Shown here piece after piece: positions 55,678-64,000 of a stretch of 64,000 nt of DNA. The stretch spans positions 53 through 64,052 of the forward strand of contig CAMBFZ010000019.1 of assembly GCA_945866125.1 (NCBI GenBank), written 5' to 3'. Position 1 is the stretch's first letter, and every line of letters begins with the position of its first letter. The position numbers and the translations under genes were made by a program. The DNA is from Bordetella parapertussis. Lineage in GTDB: Bacteria; Pseudomonadota; Gammaproteobacteria; Burkholderiales; Burkholderiaceae_D. The notes under the pieces are model-generated. The model was not told the DNA's origin. It ran no database searches and saw only the letters and a program-made list of their open reading frames with translations.

Positions 55678-58548
55678 ATGTCCCAAGACTTTCAAGCCGC
55701 TAACCAGATTTCTAGTCAGCCAATTACCCGTGACGTTAGCGACAGCGGCGCCATTCTATTTATCGATGGTGACGGAAATTGGCTAGTTGGATCGACAAAT
55801 TCGGCGGTCAAGTCGTACATCGAAATTCATACAGCGACCGATGATAACGTCACCGATGCTACGTTCGGGTTGACGGCACAATCTGTCACAAAGGTAGAAA
55901 CTGGTGGTTATATTTTATATCTTGAAGATACACAGGATGGGGAGTTTTATACCGTCGAAGTGAGCGCCGATGGGGTGTTTGATTTTGATAATGTCACCTT
56001 AATGTCTTCCGATGATATTCATAATTACGAAGAAGACGAGGGTGAAGACATAGACGATTCAGGCAATATTGGTGGTGATGATTGGATCCATGATGACGGC
56101 TATTTAGATATTACCGTCGGCGCCGACGGATCTTATGAAATAACGCGTGAGGATGGTACCTCGGTCATTATTAACTACGACGGCAAACCTATCGACCACG
56201 AATGGTTGACAGACGGTGGTTATGAGCTTTTGGAAGCTGTTCCTGATCCTTCTGCGGTCGATGGTCTGGGCTTTGCGGTTTATGCGTACCATGCTGGATA
56301 TGATTTTGTGTTTACATTATGGTTAGATTCCTCCGGAAACATTACCAATATTCCTTCCAACGATAACGATAACGATAATTGGGAAGATGACGTGGTGATT
56401 AATACCGATACCGATGACGATACGGATATTAATGAAGGTGGCGATACCGATATCGTAACGGGATGGGCCGCTGATCTAAAAACATCGTATCTCCAAACTG
56501 CCCTCACCGAAGGTGGCATGGTTGAAGGCGGCATTACGCATGCCGAGGCAGTATCCCTGTTCCAGGGGCTTGCTTCTGACCTCACGTCTTCCGGCGTATC
56601 GGTTATCAGTGACGATGTAATGCAAGATCTCACGAGTATCGCCGCGCGAGCGGATGGTTTGTTTACGTCAACCAATATGCTCGGAGAAGAAAATAACTAT
56701 CTGTCCAGCGTCGTCGTTGAGCTGATCCACGGGTCTCCCGCGAACGCATTTTATACAGGGGGCGCATCACAACAAACCCAGCTTGGTAATATCGGTGATG
56801 GCACCAGCATTGCGAATTTCGAAAAATTAATTGATAAATGGTTGCTCGGAAAAGATGTGCCGCAGGCATTGACGGGAGGCGATTCGGCTAATCCGGATGG
56901 CACGGGTGCAAGCGGCAACTATAGCGTGATCGACGGCGAGATGTTCATTGATGGCGCAAGCGGTGAAGAGGTGGCGCAGCAAAATATTGGTGACTGCTAT
57001 CTCGATGCGTCCTTTATCTCCATCGCTGAGACAAACCCCGACGCTTTCAAGGCCGCTGCATCAGAAAACGCGTCGGACGGCACCGACAAAACCTGGGGTG
57101 TCCGCTTCCTGGATAACAATGGGCAGTCTTATTGGGTCACCGTCAATAATAAGCTGCCGACCCTATCCGGGGCGGCCAGTGCCACTACAGATGACCTGAT
57201 CTATAACAAGTCAACGACCACCGGTGAATTATGGCCGTCCTTGTTCGAAAAGGCCTACGTTCAAGTTAATGAGACAGGCCTGTTGAAGTCGAGCTCTGGT
57301 AGCGTTAATGCGTATTGGGCCGTTGAGGGGGGGTGGTCGGTGCCCTTGCTGCATATTGCAGGCGGCACATCCATTACGGGCTTTAGTGATTGCATGGACT
57401 ATGGCGCTGTTGAGGATTGGGTAACAGTTACGTCGCTCAATGCGAGTAACATAAATAGTAATATCCAACAGGTAATGAAAGATTTAAATGCAGGTAAGCC
57501 AGGATGGCTAGGCTCATGGTCGCAGATTCCCGGTGCGACCGGCAGCACAAATTTTGTTTCTGGTCACGCGTACTCTATTGTTGATGCGGAGCCGGATAAT
57601 CCATCCAACACCACCGTAAAAATATTTAATCCATGGGGCGTTAATGACGGTTATGGTTGGGAGTCCCCGTTCACGAAAGAAGTGTCCTTTGTCGTTGACG
57701 TTGATTCCTTAAAAAACTTTGGTGTTTTTATTCTGGACTCATCCGCGGCAGTGGTGAGCAGCACCTCCAGCATGACGCCAGCAGACGTTCATGCCTACCT
57801 TGCGGCGGGTAACGAACGGGCTAGCGTGACCGCTGGCGCATTGACAGTAGGAGATGCCTCGGACGATACCTTGGCAGGCGACGGTTTGGCTAACGTCTTA
57901 GTCGGTAAAGACGGCGATGATGCCATCGACGGTGGTGCGGGTAATGACAATTTGCTGGGTGGCGATGGCGCAGATTCGCTCATCGGTGGAGATGGTATCG
58001 ACACCGCTGTGTTCACCGGTGTGATTGCTGATTATCTGATCACGGTTGATGCGGCAGCCTGTACAGTTGTGAATGAGGCCGATTTCAAGCGCACCACCGA
58101 TAGTCTGACATCGGTAGAGAGATTGCAGTTTACCGATTCGTCGCTGGCGCTCGACACGGACGGTAACGCGGGTCAGGTTTACCGTCTCTATCAGGTGTTT
58201 GATCGCGATCCGACTGAGGGCGACACCACAGGTCTGGGCTATTGGATTGCGCAGGTCGATGGCGGGATGGACTTATCGGAAGTGGCTGCACGGTTTATCG
58301 ATTCCACTGAATTCAGCACGACGTATGGTGACAACTTAAGTAATGCCGAATTCATCACCAGCCTCTACGACAACTTTTTAAACAGAACCGCCGACCAGAG
58401 TGGCTTTGACTGGTGGGTGGCGCAGCTTAATACCAATGCAGACACTCGTGCGACGGTGTTGGCAGAGTTTTCCGACTCGGCAGAAAATGTCGCCGCGGTA
58501 GCCAGCCTGATTGTCGGCGGTATTGGATATACCGAGTTTGTAGCGTAA
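55678..58548 (+). CDS. Calpain-like (peptidase C2) cysteine protease fused to RTX calcium-binding repeats and a C-terminal DUF4214 domain
   Basis: ORF 55651..58548; the ATG at 55678 follows AAGAGG. Calpain triad contexts are QQNIGDCYLDASFISIA (Cys codon 56995-56997), VSGHAYSIVD (His 57565-57567) and VKIFNPWG (Asn 57628-57630), plus ELWPSLFEKAYVQV. Four GGxGxDxUx nonapeptides lie at ~57846-58016. The DUF4214-like tail contains VYRLYQVFDRDPTEGDTTGLGYWIAQV...FDWWVAQLN. Confidence 0.8.
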   Translation: MSQDFQAANQISSQPITRDVSDSGAILFIDGDGNWLVGSTNSAVKSYIEIHTATDDNVTDATFGLTAQSVTKVETGGYILYLEDTQDGEFYTVEVSADGVFDFDNVTLMSSDDIHNYEEDEGEDIDDSGNIGGDDWIHDDGYLDITVGADGSYEITREDGTSVIINYDGKPIDHEWLTDGGYELLEAVPDPSAVDGLGFAVYAYHAGYDFVFTLWLDSSGNITNIPSNDNDNDNWEDDVVINTDTDDDTDINEGGDTDIVTGWAADLKTSYLQTALTEGGMVEGGITHAEAVSLFQGLASDLTSSGVSVISDDVMQDLTSIAARADGLFTSTNMLGEENNYLSSVVVELIHGSPANAFYTGGASQQTQLGNIGDGTSIANFEKLIDKWLLGKDVPQALTGGDSANPDGTGASGNYSVIDGEMFIDGASGEEVAQQNIGDCYLDASFISIAETNPDAFKAAASENASDGTDKTWGVRFLDNNGQSYWVTVNNKLPTLSGAASATTDDLIYNKSTTTGELWPSLFEKAYVQVNETGLLKSSSGSVNAYWAVEGGWSVPLLHIAGGTSITGFSDCMDYGAVEDWVTVTSLNASNINSNIQQVMKDLNAGKPGWLGSWSQIPGATGSTNFVSGHAYSIVDAEPDNPSNTTVKIFNPWGVNDGYGWESPFTKEVSFVVDVDSLKNFGVFILDSSAAVVSSTSSMTPADVHAYLAAGNERASVTAGALTVGDASDDTLAGDGLANVLVGKDGDDAIDGGAGNDNLLGGDGADSLIGGDGIDTAVFTGVIADYLITVDAAACTVVNEADFKRTTDSLTSVERLQFTDSSLALDTDGNAGQVYRLYQVFDRDPTEGDTTGLGYWIAQVDGGMDLSEVAARFIDSTEFSTTYGDNLSNAEFITSLYDNFLNRTADQSGFDWWVAQLNTNADTRATVLAEFSDSAENVAAVASLIVGGIGYTEFVA

Positions 58549-58563
58549 TTCTGTAGTAAAAAG

Positions 58564-58586
58564 GGGGGCCGGCTTCGGCCCCCTTT
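58564..58586 (+). terminator. Rho-independent terminator after the calpain-like gene
   Basis: GGGGGCCG-GCTT-CGGCCCCC, an 8-bp GC stem followed by TTT. Confidence 0.65.
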
Positions 58587-58708
58587 CACGTTGCTGGGCT
58601 TTGTTCGCTGCTCGGTTAGCGGTCAAAGCGTTCTTGTTCTCCTCACTCAAATACGATCACTTAGCACTTGTTTAGGTGCTAGGTACTTGTTCGAAAGTTT
58701 TTTCTGTA

Positions 58709-59962
58709 ATGACTAGCCAAGATAAAGACGAAGCGCTCGCTGAGAATGGCGACCCAGTGGCACAACTACGTGCTGGTTTGTATCATTTAGAACAGGGTGA
58801 ACGTCAGCAGGATTTCAAGAAGGCGCTAAGTTATCTCAGAAAATCTGCAATTCAAGGAAACATCGAAGCGCAATACCACATGGGGTTGGTGCACAAGCAA
58901 GGCAAAGGCGTTGAAGCAAATCCAACGATCGCGCTGAAGTGGTTTTATATTGCTGCTGAAGCTGGGCATAAACAGGCTATTTCTTTGACCCAAAATGGCG
59001 AAACGGGCATGCTTCCCAAGCGGACGAATACCGCAAAAAATCTGTCGAAATATTTTAGTGATGCCGTGATGCTGTACAAAGCTTCAGTCGTCAAAAATAA
59101 ACCAGATTGGCAATTTAAATTGGGATGTTTGTTCGAAGCAGGATTGGGCGTAGATCAGGATTATGCCGAAGCCGCCCATTGGTACAAGTTGGCGTCCGAC
59201 CAAAAACATGACGCGGCGCATGCGGCACTAGGCAAGTTGCATTTTCATGGGCTGGGTGTTGCGAATAGTACGGCCCAAGCGGTCGATTTGTTTACCATCA
59301 GTGCGGCCAATGGGAACGCGGATGGGCAGTACCACTTGGGTTATGCCTATGAAATGGGTATTGGCGTTGAAAAAAATGTAGAAGAAGCCTATCAACTCTA
59401 TTCGCTTGCTGCTGAAAAAGAACATAAGCTCGCATTGCTGCGTTTGGGTTTGATGTTTCGTACTGGTATCGATATCAAGCCTAAGGTCAGTGAAACGGGC
59501 ATGGCGTCCAAAAAAAAATATGGACTCGCATCAAAATACGAAGAGGCGAGAGAGCCGGAAAAAGAGTGGCACTCGCAAGACTTTGAAAAATCCCATCAAT
59601 ATTTCAAAAGGTCAGCAGATAAAGGTAGCCCGGACGCGCAGTATTATCTAGGCACCTTTTATGCGCAGGGACTTGGGATTGCTCAAGATTTTAACGCTGC
59701 AGTCAAGTATTTCAGGCTGGCGGTGGCTCAGGGGCATCCAGAAGCGATGTCCAATCTGGCATTTCTGTACGCGCATGGGCAGGGACTTCTTGCCGATTAC
59801 CTTAAAGCAGCTATGTGGTACGAGGTGAGCAGACGTCTGGGCTATAAAACAATCGAAAAAAACTTGGAATTCGTTTTGAGCAAAATGACGAATGAAGAAG
59901 CGCAGGAAGCCAAAGCACTCGCTGCGCGCTGCATAGCGGAAAATTATCAAGGATACGATTAA
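58709..59962 (+). CDS. Sel1-like repeat protein
   Basis: ORF 58676..59962; probable start MTSQDKDEAL at 58709. It has multiple SLR units (AQYHMGLVHKQGKGVEANPTIALKWFYIAAEAGH, AQYYLGTFYAQGLGIAQDFNAAVKYFRLAVAQGH). No signal peptide is evident. Confidence 0.85.
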   Translation: MTSQDKDEALAENGDPVAQLRAGLYHLEQGERQQDFKKALSYLRKSAIQGNIEAQYHMGLVHKQGKGVEANPTIALKWFYIAAEAGHKQAISLTQNGETGMLPKRTNTAKNLSKYFSDAVMLYKASVVKNKPDWQFKLGCLFEAGLGVDQDYAEAAHWYKLASDQKHDAAHAALGKLHFHGLGVANSTAQAVDLFTISAANGNADGQYHLGYAYEMGIGVEKNVEEAYQLYSLAAEKEHKLALLRLGLMFRTGIDIKPKVSETGMASKKKYGLASKYEEAREPEKEWHSQDFEKSHQYFKRSADKGSPDAQYYLGTFYAQGLGIAQDFNAAVKYFRLAVAQGHPEAMSNLAFLYAHGQGLLADYLKAAMWYEVSRRLGYKTIEKNLEFVLSKMTNEEAQEAKALAARCIAENYQGYD

Positions 59963-60038
59963 TCGTGTAAGTTATTCAGCGCTGTTGAGTTGTCATACGT
60001 GCGCTTTACGACCGTCGCTTGCGTCGGTGCTGAAAGGA

Positions 60039-60052
60039 GGCCGGCTTCGGCC
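60039..60052. terminator. Weak hairpin GGCCG-GCTT-CGGCC between convergent genes
   Basis: It has the same GGCCGGCTTCGGCC core as the 58564 hairpin but only a 5-bp stem. It is followed by GCTTTGCTTTG. Confidence 0.35.
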
Positions 60053-60125
60053 GCTTTGCTTTGTGGGATCTGGTTTGCCGAATGGTCAAAGCGAGATTTC
60101 TGGCATACGTTTTTCAACGCAGCGT

Positions 60126-60791
60126 TCACGCCTTATTCGTAAAAAGCCCCAGACGCTGCGCGACCAGCACGGCTTGGGTGCGGCTGACGACTTGTAATTC
60201 ACGGAAGATCGCCCCGACGTGAGATTTGGCGGTGATTTCGGTGATACCCAAACTGTCGGCAATCTCTCGGTTGCTATTGCCCTGACAAATCATCGACAGC
60301 ACTTGCAGCTGCCGGTCGGTCAGGGTGATGCGCTTGATGCTTGCGCTGTCGGCCGCACCGCTGCTGCTGAGCCATTCGCCGGTTTGCAGTTCACCTTCCA
60401 ACGCGCGCGATACCAGGGAGAGCATGTCTTCCATCGGCGCCCCTTTGCTGATAAAGGCCGACGATCCGGCGCCCAGACAGGCACCAACCTGTAATTCATC
60501 ATCGCTGCCGGAGACGGTGATGATGCTGATTTCCGGGCCCAGAGAAAGTACGCGCCGAATGGCGGCGAGTCCGCCTAAGCCGGGCAGGCCCAGATCGATC
60601 AGGACCCACCAGCGAATTTTTTTTGATTTTTTGAGTGCAGCTTCCAGTAAGGCGATACCGTCTTCGGCGTTGCTGCAGGATTCAACGCGTAATTCCGGAA
60701 AGCGGGTGCGTAAAGCGTCCGCCATCGCCAGGCGGATCATGGGGTGGTCGTCAACGACCAGGAAAGATTGGGCTTTATCCATTGCTGGCAT
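60126..60791 (-). CDS. NarL/FixJ (LuxR-type HTH) response regulator
   Basis: ORF 60126..60869; likely start at M27 (60791) or M30 (60782). The REC domain has FLVVDDHPMIRLAM...VLIDLGLPG. The C-terminal LuxR HTH reads LTDRQLQVLSMICQGNSNREIADSLGITEITAKSHV. Confidence 0.88.
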   Translation of the reverse strand: MPAMDKAQSFLVVDDHPMIRLAMADALRTRFPELRVESCSNAEDGIALLEAALKKSKKIRWWVLIDLGLPGLGGLAAIRRVLSLGPEISIITVSGSDDELQVGACLGAGSSAFISKGAPMEDMLSLVSRALEGELQTGEWLSSSGAADSASIKRITLTDRQLQVLSMICQGNSNREIADSLGITEITAKSHVGAIFRELQVVSRTQAVLVAQRLGLFTNKA

Positions 60792-60901
60792 TTTAACGGA
60801 TGCGGTGGGCTCTTTGGGTGCGGTGCATGGTGGGCTGGTAAAAAATGACCCTGTGCCTTTCCGTATCACCGCCCAAAAGTAATCAGTACAAATTCTGCCC
60901 T

Positions 60902-61375
60902 TCAGATAACCAGACTTAAGCCCAAAAAGATCAGCGCCACCAGCGTGGCGATCAGGGGTGTGGCGCTGGCCGCGGTGTAGCGGCGTGCGTTTTGTGCGAA
61001 CAATTCGGAGGATGCTGGAAGATTAATTTTTTGCACGCCGTCGAGTATCGTTAGCTCGGCGGCAGCGAGTCCGTGCCAGTCAGCTTTGGGTATGTCAAAG
61101 CGGGTATTTGATGCGCGCTCTGGTGCCGCTGCGGGCGTGTGATGCTCCAGAAAATGGTCTTCCGGATAACCCAGCGCGACGGCCAGCCGGCACGCACAAT
61201 GCACCCGATGCGCCTCTTCAATGAAGCCTTGCGGGGCATCGGTCTCCAGGCTTTGTACCTGCTCTTCGGTGAGCCCGGCCAGCATCGCCAAAATACTGAT
61301 ACTCAGGCGGTGGTCTCGACGGGCGCGATGAATTTTTTTTGACAGCACCTGCGCGTTGGTGGTGGGGCTACTCAT
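60902..61375 (-). CDS. XRE-type helix-turn-helix protein with a C-terminal transmembrane anchor (RodZ-like architecture)
   Basis: 157-aa ORF with the N-terminal HTH IHRARRDHRLSISILAMLAGLTEEQVQSLE and the C-terminal TM ATPLIATLVALIFLGLSLVI. Its start overlaps the upstream stop (ATGA, 61372-61375). Confidence 0.65.
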   Translation of the reverse strand: MSSPTTNAQVLSKKIHRARRDHRLSISILAMLAGLTEEQVQSLETDAPQGFIEEAHRVHCACRLAVALGYPEDHFLEHHTPAAAPERASNTRFDIPKADWHGLAAAELTILDGVQKINLPASSELFAQNARRYTAASATPLIATLVALIFLGLSLVI

Positions 61376-62784
61376 GCTGCAGCTCTTTCTTTCAACGCAG
61401 CCGGTGCCAGGGGCGCGCTGGCCCTTGCCAGCCTTGCTTCATCAATCAGCGTGACGCGCACCAGAAAAAAATGTCGGTGGTCAGGCGTGTAGAGTTTTTC
61501 CAGCGCCACGGATATCCCGCCGTCACTGCGCCGCATGAGCCACGCGGTCGCTTTGTTGGTGGCAAGGATGGCATTCTCGAGTTGGGCAATTTCGGTGTCG
61601 TTGTCGGACAAAATCCGCAGCTTGTCCCATAACAGACCGGAGTTGGCATAGCGATCCATGGGCCCCAATAGCGTCGCCCAGGCATCCGACATGGAGATGA
61701 TTGCAAAATGCTGGTCGAGCAGCCCAGTGATTTCATACGCCGCATCGGCGCGAGCCTCGTTGAGCAGTTCGCGCAAATCCCCAAAATCAAAAGGTAGCGG
61801 TTCGAGCATCATGTAATGCAGTCGCTCGGTCTGAAATTCCAGGAGCATGGTGCTGATTTGCAGAATGGCGACGTGCTGATCCGGACGCTGAAACACCGCA
61901 CGTAGTTTTCCGTGGGGCCCCGGCTGCACGGTGAGAAACAGCGCCTCCAGAGTTTGCTCATCGAGTTCAGGGAAAGCCAGAAATTTGCGCGCACCGGCAT
62001 TGGCAAAAACAAGCTTGCCGTCAGAGCGGGCAATGAGCACCATGCCGGGCGATTGATACAGTGCCTGTGACGCGATGCCCAAGCCGTTTTGCAGTGCATT
62101 GGCTTGCTGTACCAGCGCGCGGGAAAGTCGGTCTGCACCTTCGGTGCGGCGCGCTACAAATAAATGCCCGAGTTCTGCCGTGATCAGCAGTTTTAAACCC
62201 AGCCAGATGACGCCGACTGCTTCGAGCAGCCATTGCCTTGGCATAGCCGCGCCAAGTGGCGCGGCAAGTAGCACGACCGTGCTCAGCAGCAGCACCGTTG
62301 CCAGGGTGCTGATGACGGAGAGGGTAGCGAGTGATTTACTGGATTCAACCGATGTTTTGGCGGTTTTGGAGGCTTCGATAGCGATGCACAAATAACTCGC
62401 GCCCAGCATGGCCACAATAATCACGGCACCATTGATAGCAGGGGCTGCGGCCGGCGCTACTTGCGCGGCAATCGCTAACACCACGGCCGCACACACGCTG
62501 AGCAAAATGTGCTGGCGCGCCGGAACCGGTGGCTGCGCCACGCTGCCGGCGAGGCACAGTGCCGAGAGTAATTCAAACCCGGCAAAGCTATTGATATCAG
62601 CCGGTAGCACGTAGAAAAACAAGAGCCATGCGGCCACTGGCTGCACCAGCCCTAGCAAAATAGCCATCCAGCCAAATTGCTCAGAGGTGGTCAGTCTTGT
62701 GTGTTCATGCCGCAGTAAGGCGGTACCGATCAGCCCTGCGCTGCAGAGTAGAAAGAAGGCGACGATGGCGGCTTGAAATTGCAT
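61372..62784 (-). CDS. Polytopic membrane protein with two cytoplasmic PAS-like domains and no recognisable output domain
   Basis: 470-aa ORF with ~6 N-terminal TM helices, then PAS-like segments (GMVLIARSDGKLVFANAGARKFL..., ITGLLDQHFAIISMSDAWATLLG...). I see no H-box, GGDEF, EAL or HTH. Confidence 0.55.
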   Translation of the reverse strand: MQFQAAIVAFFLLCSAGLIGTALLRHEHTRLTTSEQFGWMAILLGLVQPVAAWLLFFYVLPADINSFAGFELLSALCLAGSVAQPPVPARQHILLSVCAAVVLAIAAQVAPAAAPAINGAVIIVAMLGASYLCIAIEASKTAKTSVESSKSLATLSVISTLATVLLLSTVVLLAAPLGAAMPRQWLLEAVGVIWLGLKLLITAELGHLFVARRTEGADRLSRALVQQANALQNGLGIASQALYQSPGMVLIARSDGKLVFANAGARKFLAFPELDEQTLEALFLTVQPGPHGKLRAVFQRPDQHVAILQISTMLLEFQTERLHYMMLEPLPFDFGDLRELLNEARADAAYEITGLLDQHFAIISMSDAWATLLGPMDRYANSGLLWDKLRILSDNDTEIAQLENAILATNKATAWLMRRSDGGISVALEKLYTPDHRHFFLVRVTLIDEARLARASAPLAPAALKERAAA

Positions 62785-62798
62785 AAGCGGCGCGAGCG

Positions 62799-63659
62799 CT
62801 AGCGAGACGGCAAAGGCGCCGCAGAGGGCGCGGCACGCGGTTGCGGCAACGCCGTCAGGGCCGGGTCGAGCGCCGCGGCCTGCATGGTTTGCTCGGTTTC
62901 ATTGTCTTCGTCGGTCTGTAGTGGCACCGCAACCGCTTGCGCGATATTTTCAGGCGCGACGGCGGCTTGAGTAATCCGGTGCGATTGCGTGTGCTGCGCT
63001 AAGGGCGCATCAAGCGCCGGCGTGACCGGCTCCATCATCAGCAGTGCCGCCAGTAAGCCGGTTGCCGATAAGGCCAGCGCTCTGGCCGGCAAGGATATCT
63101 GCCTCAGGCGGCCACAAGCGGCGCGGACCATGCCCGACAGGCGCACTAATCTGGCATCGGGATCGATATCCCAGCGCAGCATGCGGCTTCCCAAAAACTG
63201 TATTTTTCGCTGATCTGCCTGCGGATCAAGGGCGTCAAACAAGGCTACAATCGGCAGCTGCGCACCGAGGAATTCGCCCGCTAATTTCACCATCTCGCGG
63301 AATTCACGCTCCGGCATCGCCGAGGCATTGCGTACTAGCAGTAATTGTTCGCTGCTCGTAGCGAACCTTGCTGGACGCCGCTGACGAGGACCGCTTAAGG
63401 TGTTGTCGGAGAGTGTTGCCAGTGCCTTGTTATAGCGCCGGGATGTCGCTTCGGTGACTAAGTCTGCAAACTGCTCGGGATCATAGTTAAGCACGGTAAG
63501 CCTCTCGCGCTCGTGCAGCCAACATTGCAGCACCCGGACATAACTAAGCAGCTTGCGCGAGTCTGCGCAGACGATCGCTACGTGCAGCGGATCGTCGGCC
63601 AGATAGCGGCAGACGATCGCAAAGTGCTCTTGATCTTCAGGTTGGATAATGGTCGGCAT
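62799..63659 (-). CDS. Hypothetical protein resembling a P-loop-less ExeA/GspA-type AAA fold with a TM segment
   Basis: 286-aa ORF. VAIVCADSRKLLSYV sits where a Walker A would be, and EQLLLVRNASAMP where a Walker B would be. A hydrophobic segment LALSATGLLAALLMM and an A/P-rich tail follow. Confidence 0.4.
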   Translation of the reverse strand: MPTIIQPEDQEHFAIVCRYLADDPLHVAIVCADSRKLLSYVRVLQCWLHERERLTVLNYDPEQFADLVTEATSRRYNKALATLSDNTLSGPRQRRPARFATSSEQLLLVRNASAMPEREFREMVKLAGEFLGAQLPIVALFDALDPQADQRKIQFLGSRMLRWDIDPDARLVRLSGMVRAACGRLRQISLPARALALSATGLLAALLMMEPVTPALDAPLAQHTQSHRITQAAVAPENIAQAVAVPLQTDEDNETEQTMQAAALDPALTALPQPRAAPSAAPLPSR

Positions 63660-63687
63660 TGTCGGTTTAAAAACTCACCCCAAAATT

Positions 63688-63699
63688 ATACTAAAGTAT
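63688..63699. promoter_or_regulatory. 12-bp perfect palindrome ATACTAAAGTAT about 30-40 bp upstream of the 62799..63659 operon
   Basis: Seen directly. It has the same half-sites as the tssB-upstream site at 52036. Confidence 0.55.
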
Positions 63700-63753
63700 T
63701 AGTTTCTGTAGGAAACTTTAGCGGGTGTGTTTGCTAAATTGGCCTAGAAATTA

Positions 63754-63765
63754 ATACTTTAGAAT
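63754..63765. promoter_or_regulatory. Palindrome variant ATACTTTAGAAT, second site upstream of the same operon
   Basis: It has one mismatch to ATACTTTAGTAT and sits 66 bp (centre to centre) from the 63688 site. Confidence 0.45.
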
Positions 63766-63822
63766 GATATTTTTGGATCTGAGTAAATCGACCGCACGCA
63801 CCGGCCCGCCAGGCCGGTGGGC

Positions 63823-64000
63823 TTAGTTGCCCGCGATTCTGCCGGCCAGATGCGCCAGTGCTTCTTCCACTTGATCGACCAGAATCAGGCACTGGTCACC
63901 GGGTTTCAGCAAAGCCAGCCCGCGGTCGATGGCTAAAAACTCACCGAAAATTTCTTCGATATACGTGGTGCGGCTAGCACCGTCGAGTCCTTGTCGCAGT
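63823..64000 (-). CDS. C-terminal end of a gene running off the window (tentatively cyanophycin synthetase / Mur-ligase-like C-terminus)
   Basis: The reverse strand reads ...LRQGLDGASRTTYIEEIFGEFLAIDRGLALLKPGDQCLILVDQVEEALAHLAGRIAGN, then a stop at 63823-63825. The resemblance to CphA tails (I.DE.EAI...GD.V.I) is weak. Confidence 0.3.
   Translation of the reverse strand, partial: LRQGLDGASRTTYIEEIFGEFLAIDRGLALLKPGDQCLILVDQVEEALAHLAGRIAGN

Overview
This 64-kb window comes from a Gram-negative, probably proteobacterial, chromosome with a GC-rich backbone and two visibly lower-GC islets. From left to right it holds: housekeeping and metabolic genes (1-4250); a czcCBA-type heavy-metal RND efflux operon (4282-9904); an outer-membrane barrel gene and an orphan repeat protein; a 5'-truncated coxE-like fragment with an intact mocA-like gene; a ~0.9-1.07 kb tandem duplication carrying two near-identical small secreted-protein genes and a decayed MerR 5' end; a MerR / RND(MMPL-like)-LolA-like fusion / outer-membrane barrel export cluster (15013-20664); a methyltransferase; and a low-GC islet with a Sel1-repeat protein (22000-24600). 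Next is a transglutaminase / circularly permuted ATP-grasp + alpha-E / DUF2126 three-gene cluster (24715-31734). It is followed by a complete, translationally coupled type VI secretion system operon (31950-51947) in the order tssB, tssC, hcp, tssE, tssF, tssG, clpV, vgrG, MORN protein, DUF4280 protein, small TM protein, tssJ, tssK, tssL, tssM, tssA. After that come a hybrid histidine kinase and a second low-GC islet (IS3 remnant, a calpain-like cysteine protease fused to RTX repeats and DUF4214, and a Sel1 protein). The window ends with a four-gene regulatory operon that finishes in a NarL/LuxR-type response regulator. The main leads are a 12-bp palindrome (ATACTWWAGTAT) shared by the T6SS promoter, the adjacent divergent promoter and the regulatory operon promoter; a toxin-less VgrG cargo module; the bacterial calpain-RTX-DUF4214 protein; and the ATP-grasp/transglutaminase system next to the T6SS. 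I saw no rRNA, tRNA or CRISPR array. All functional calls rest on motif recognition by eye, not database searches.
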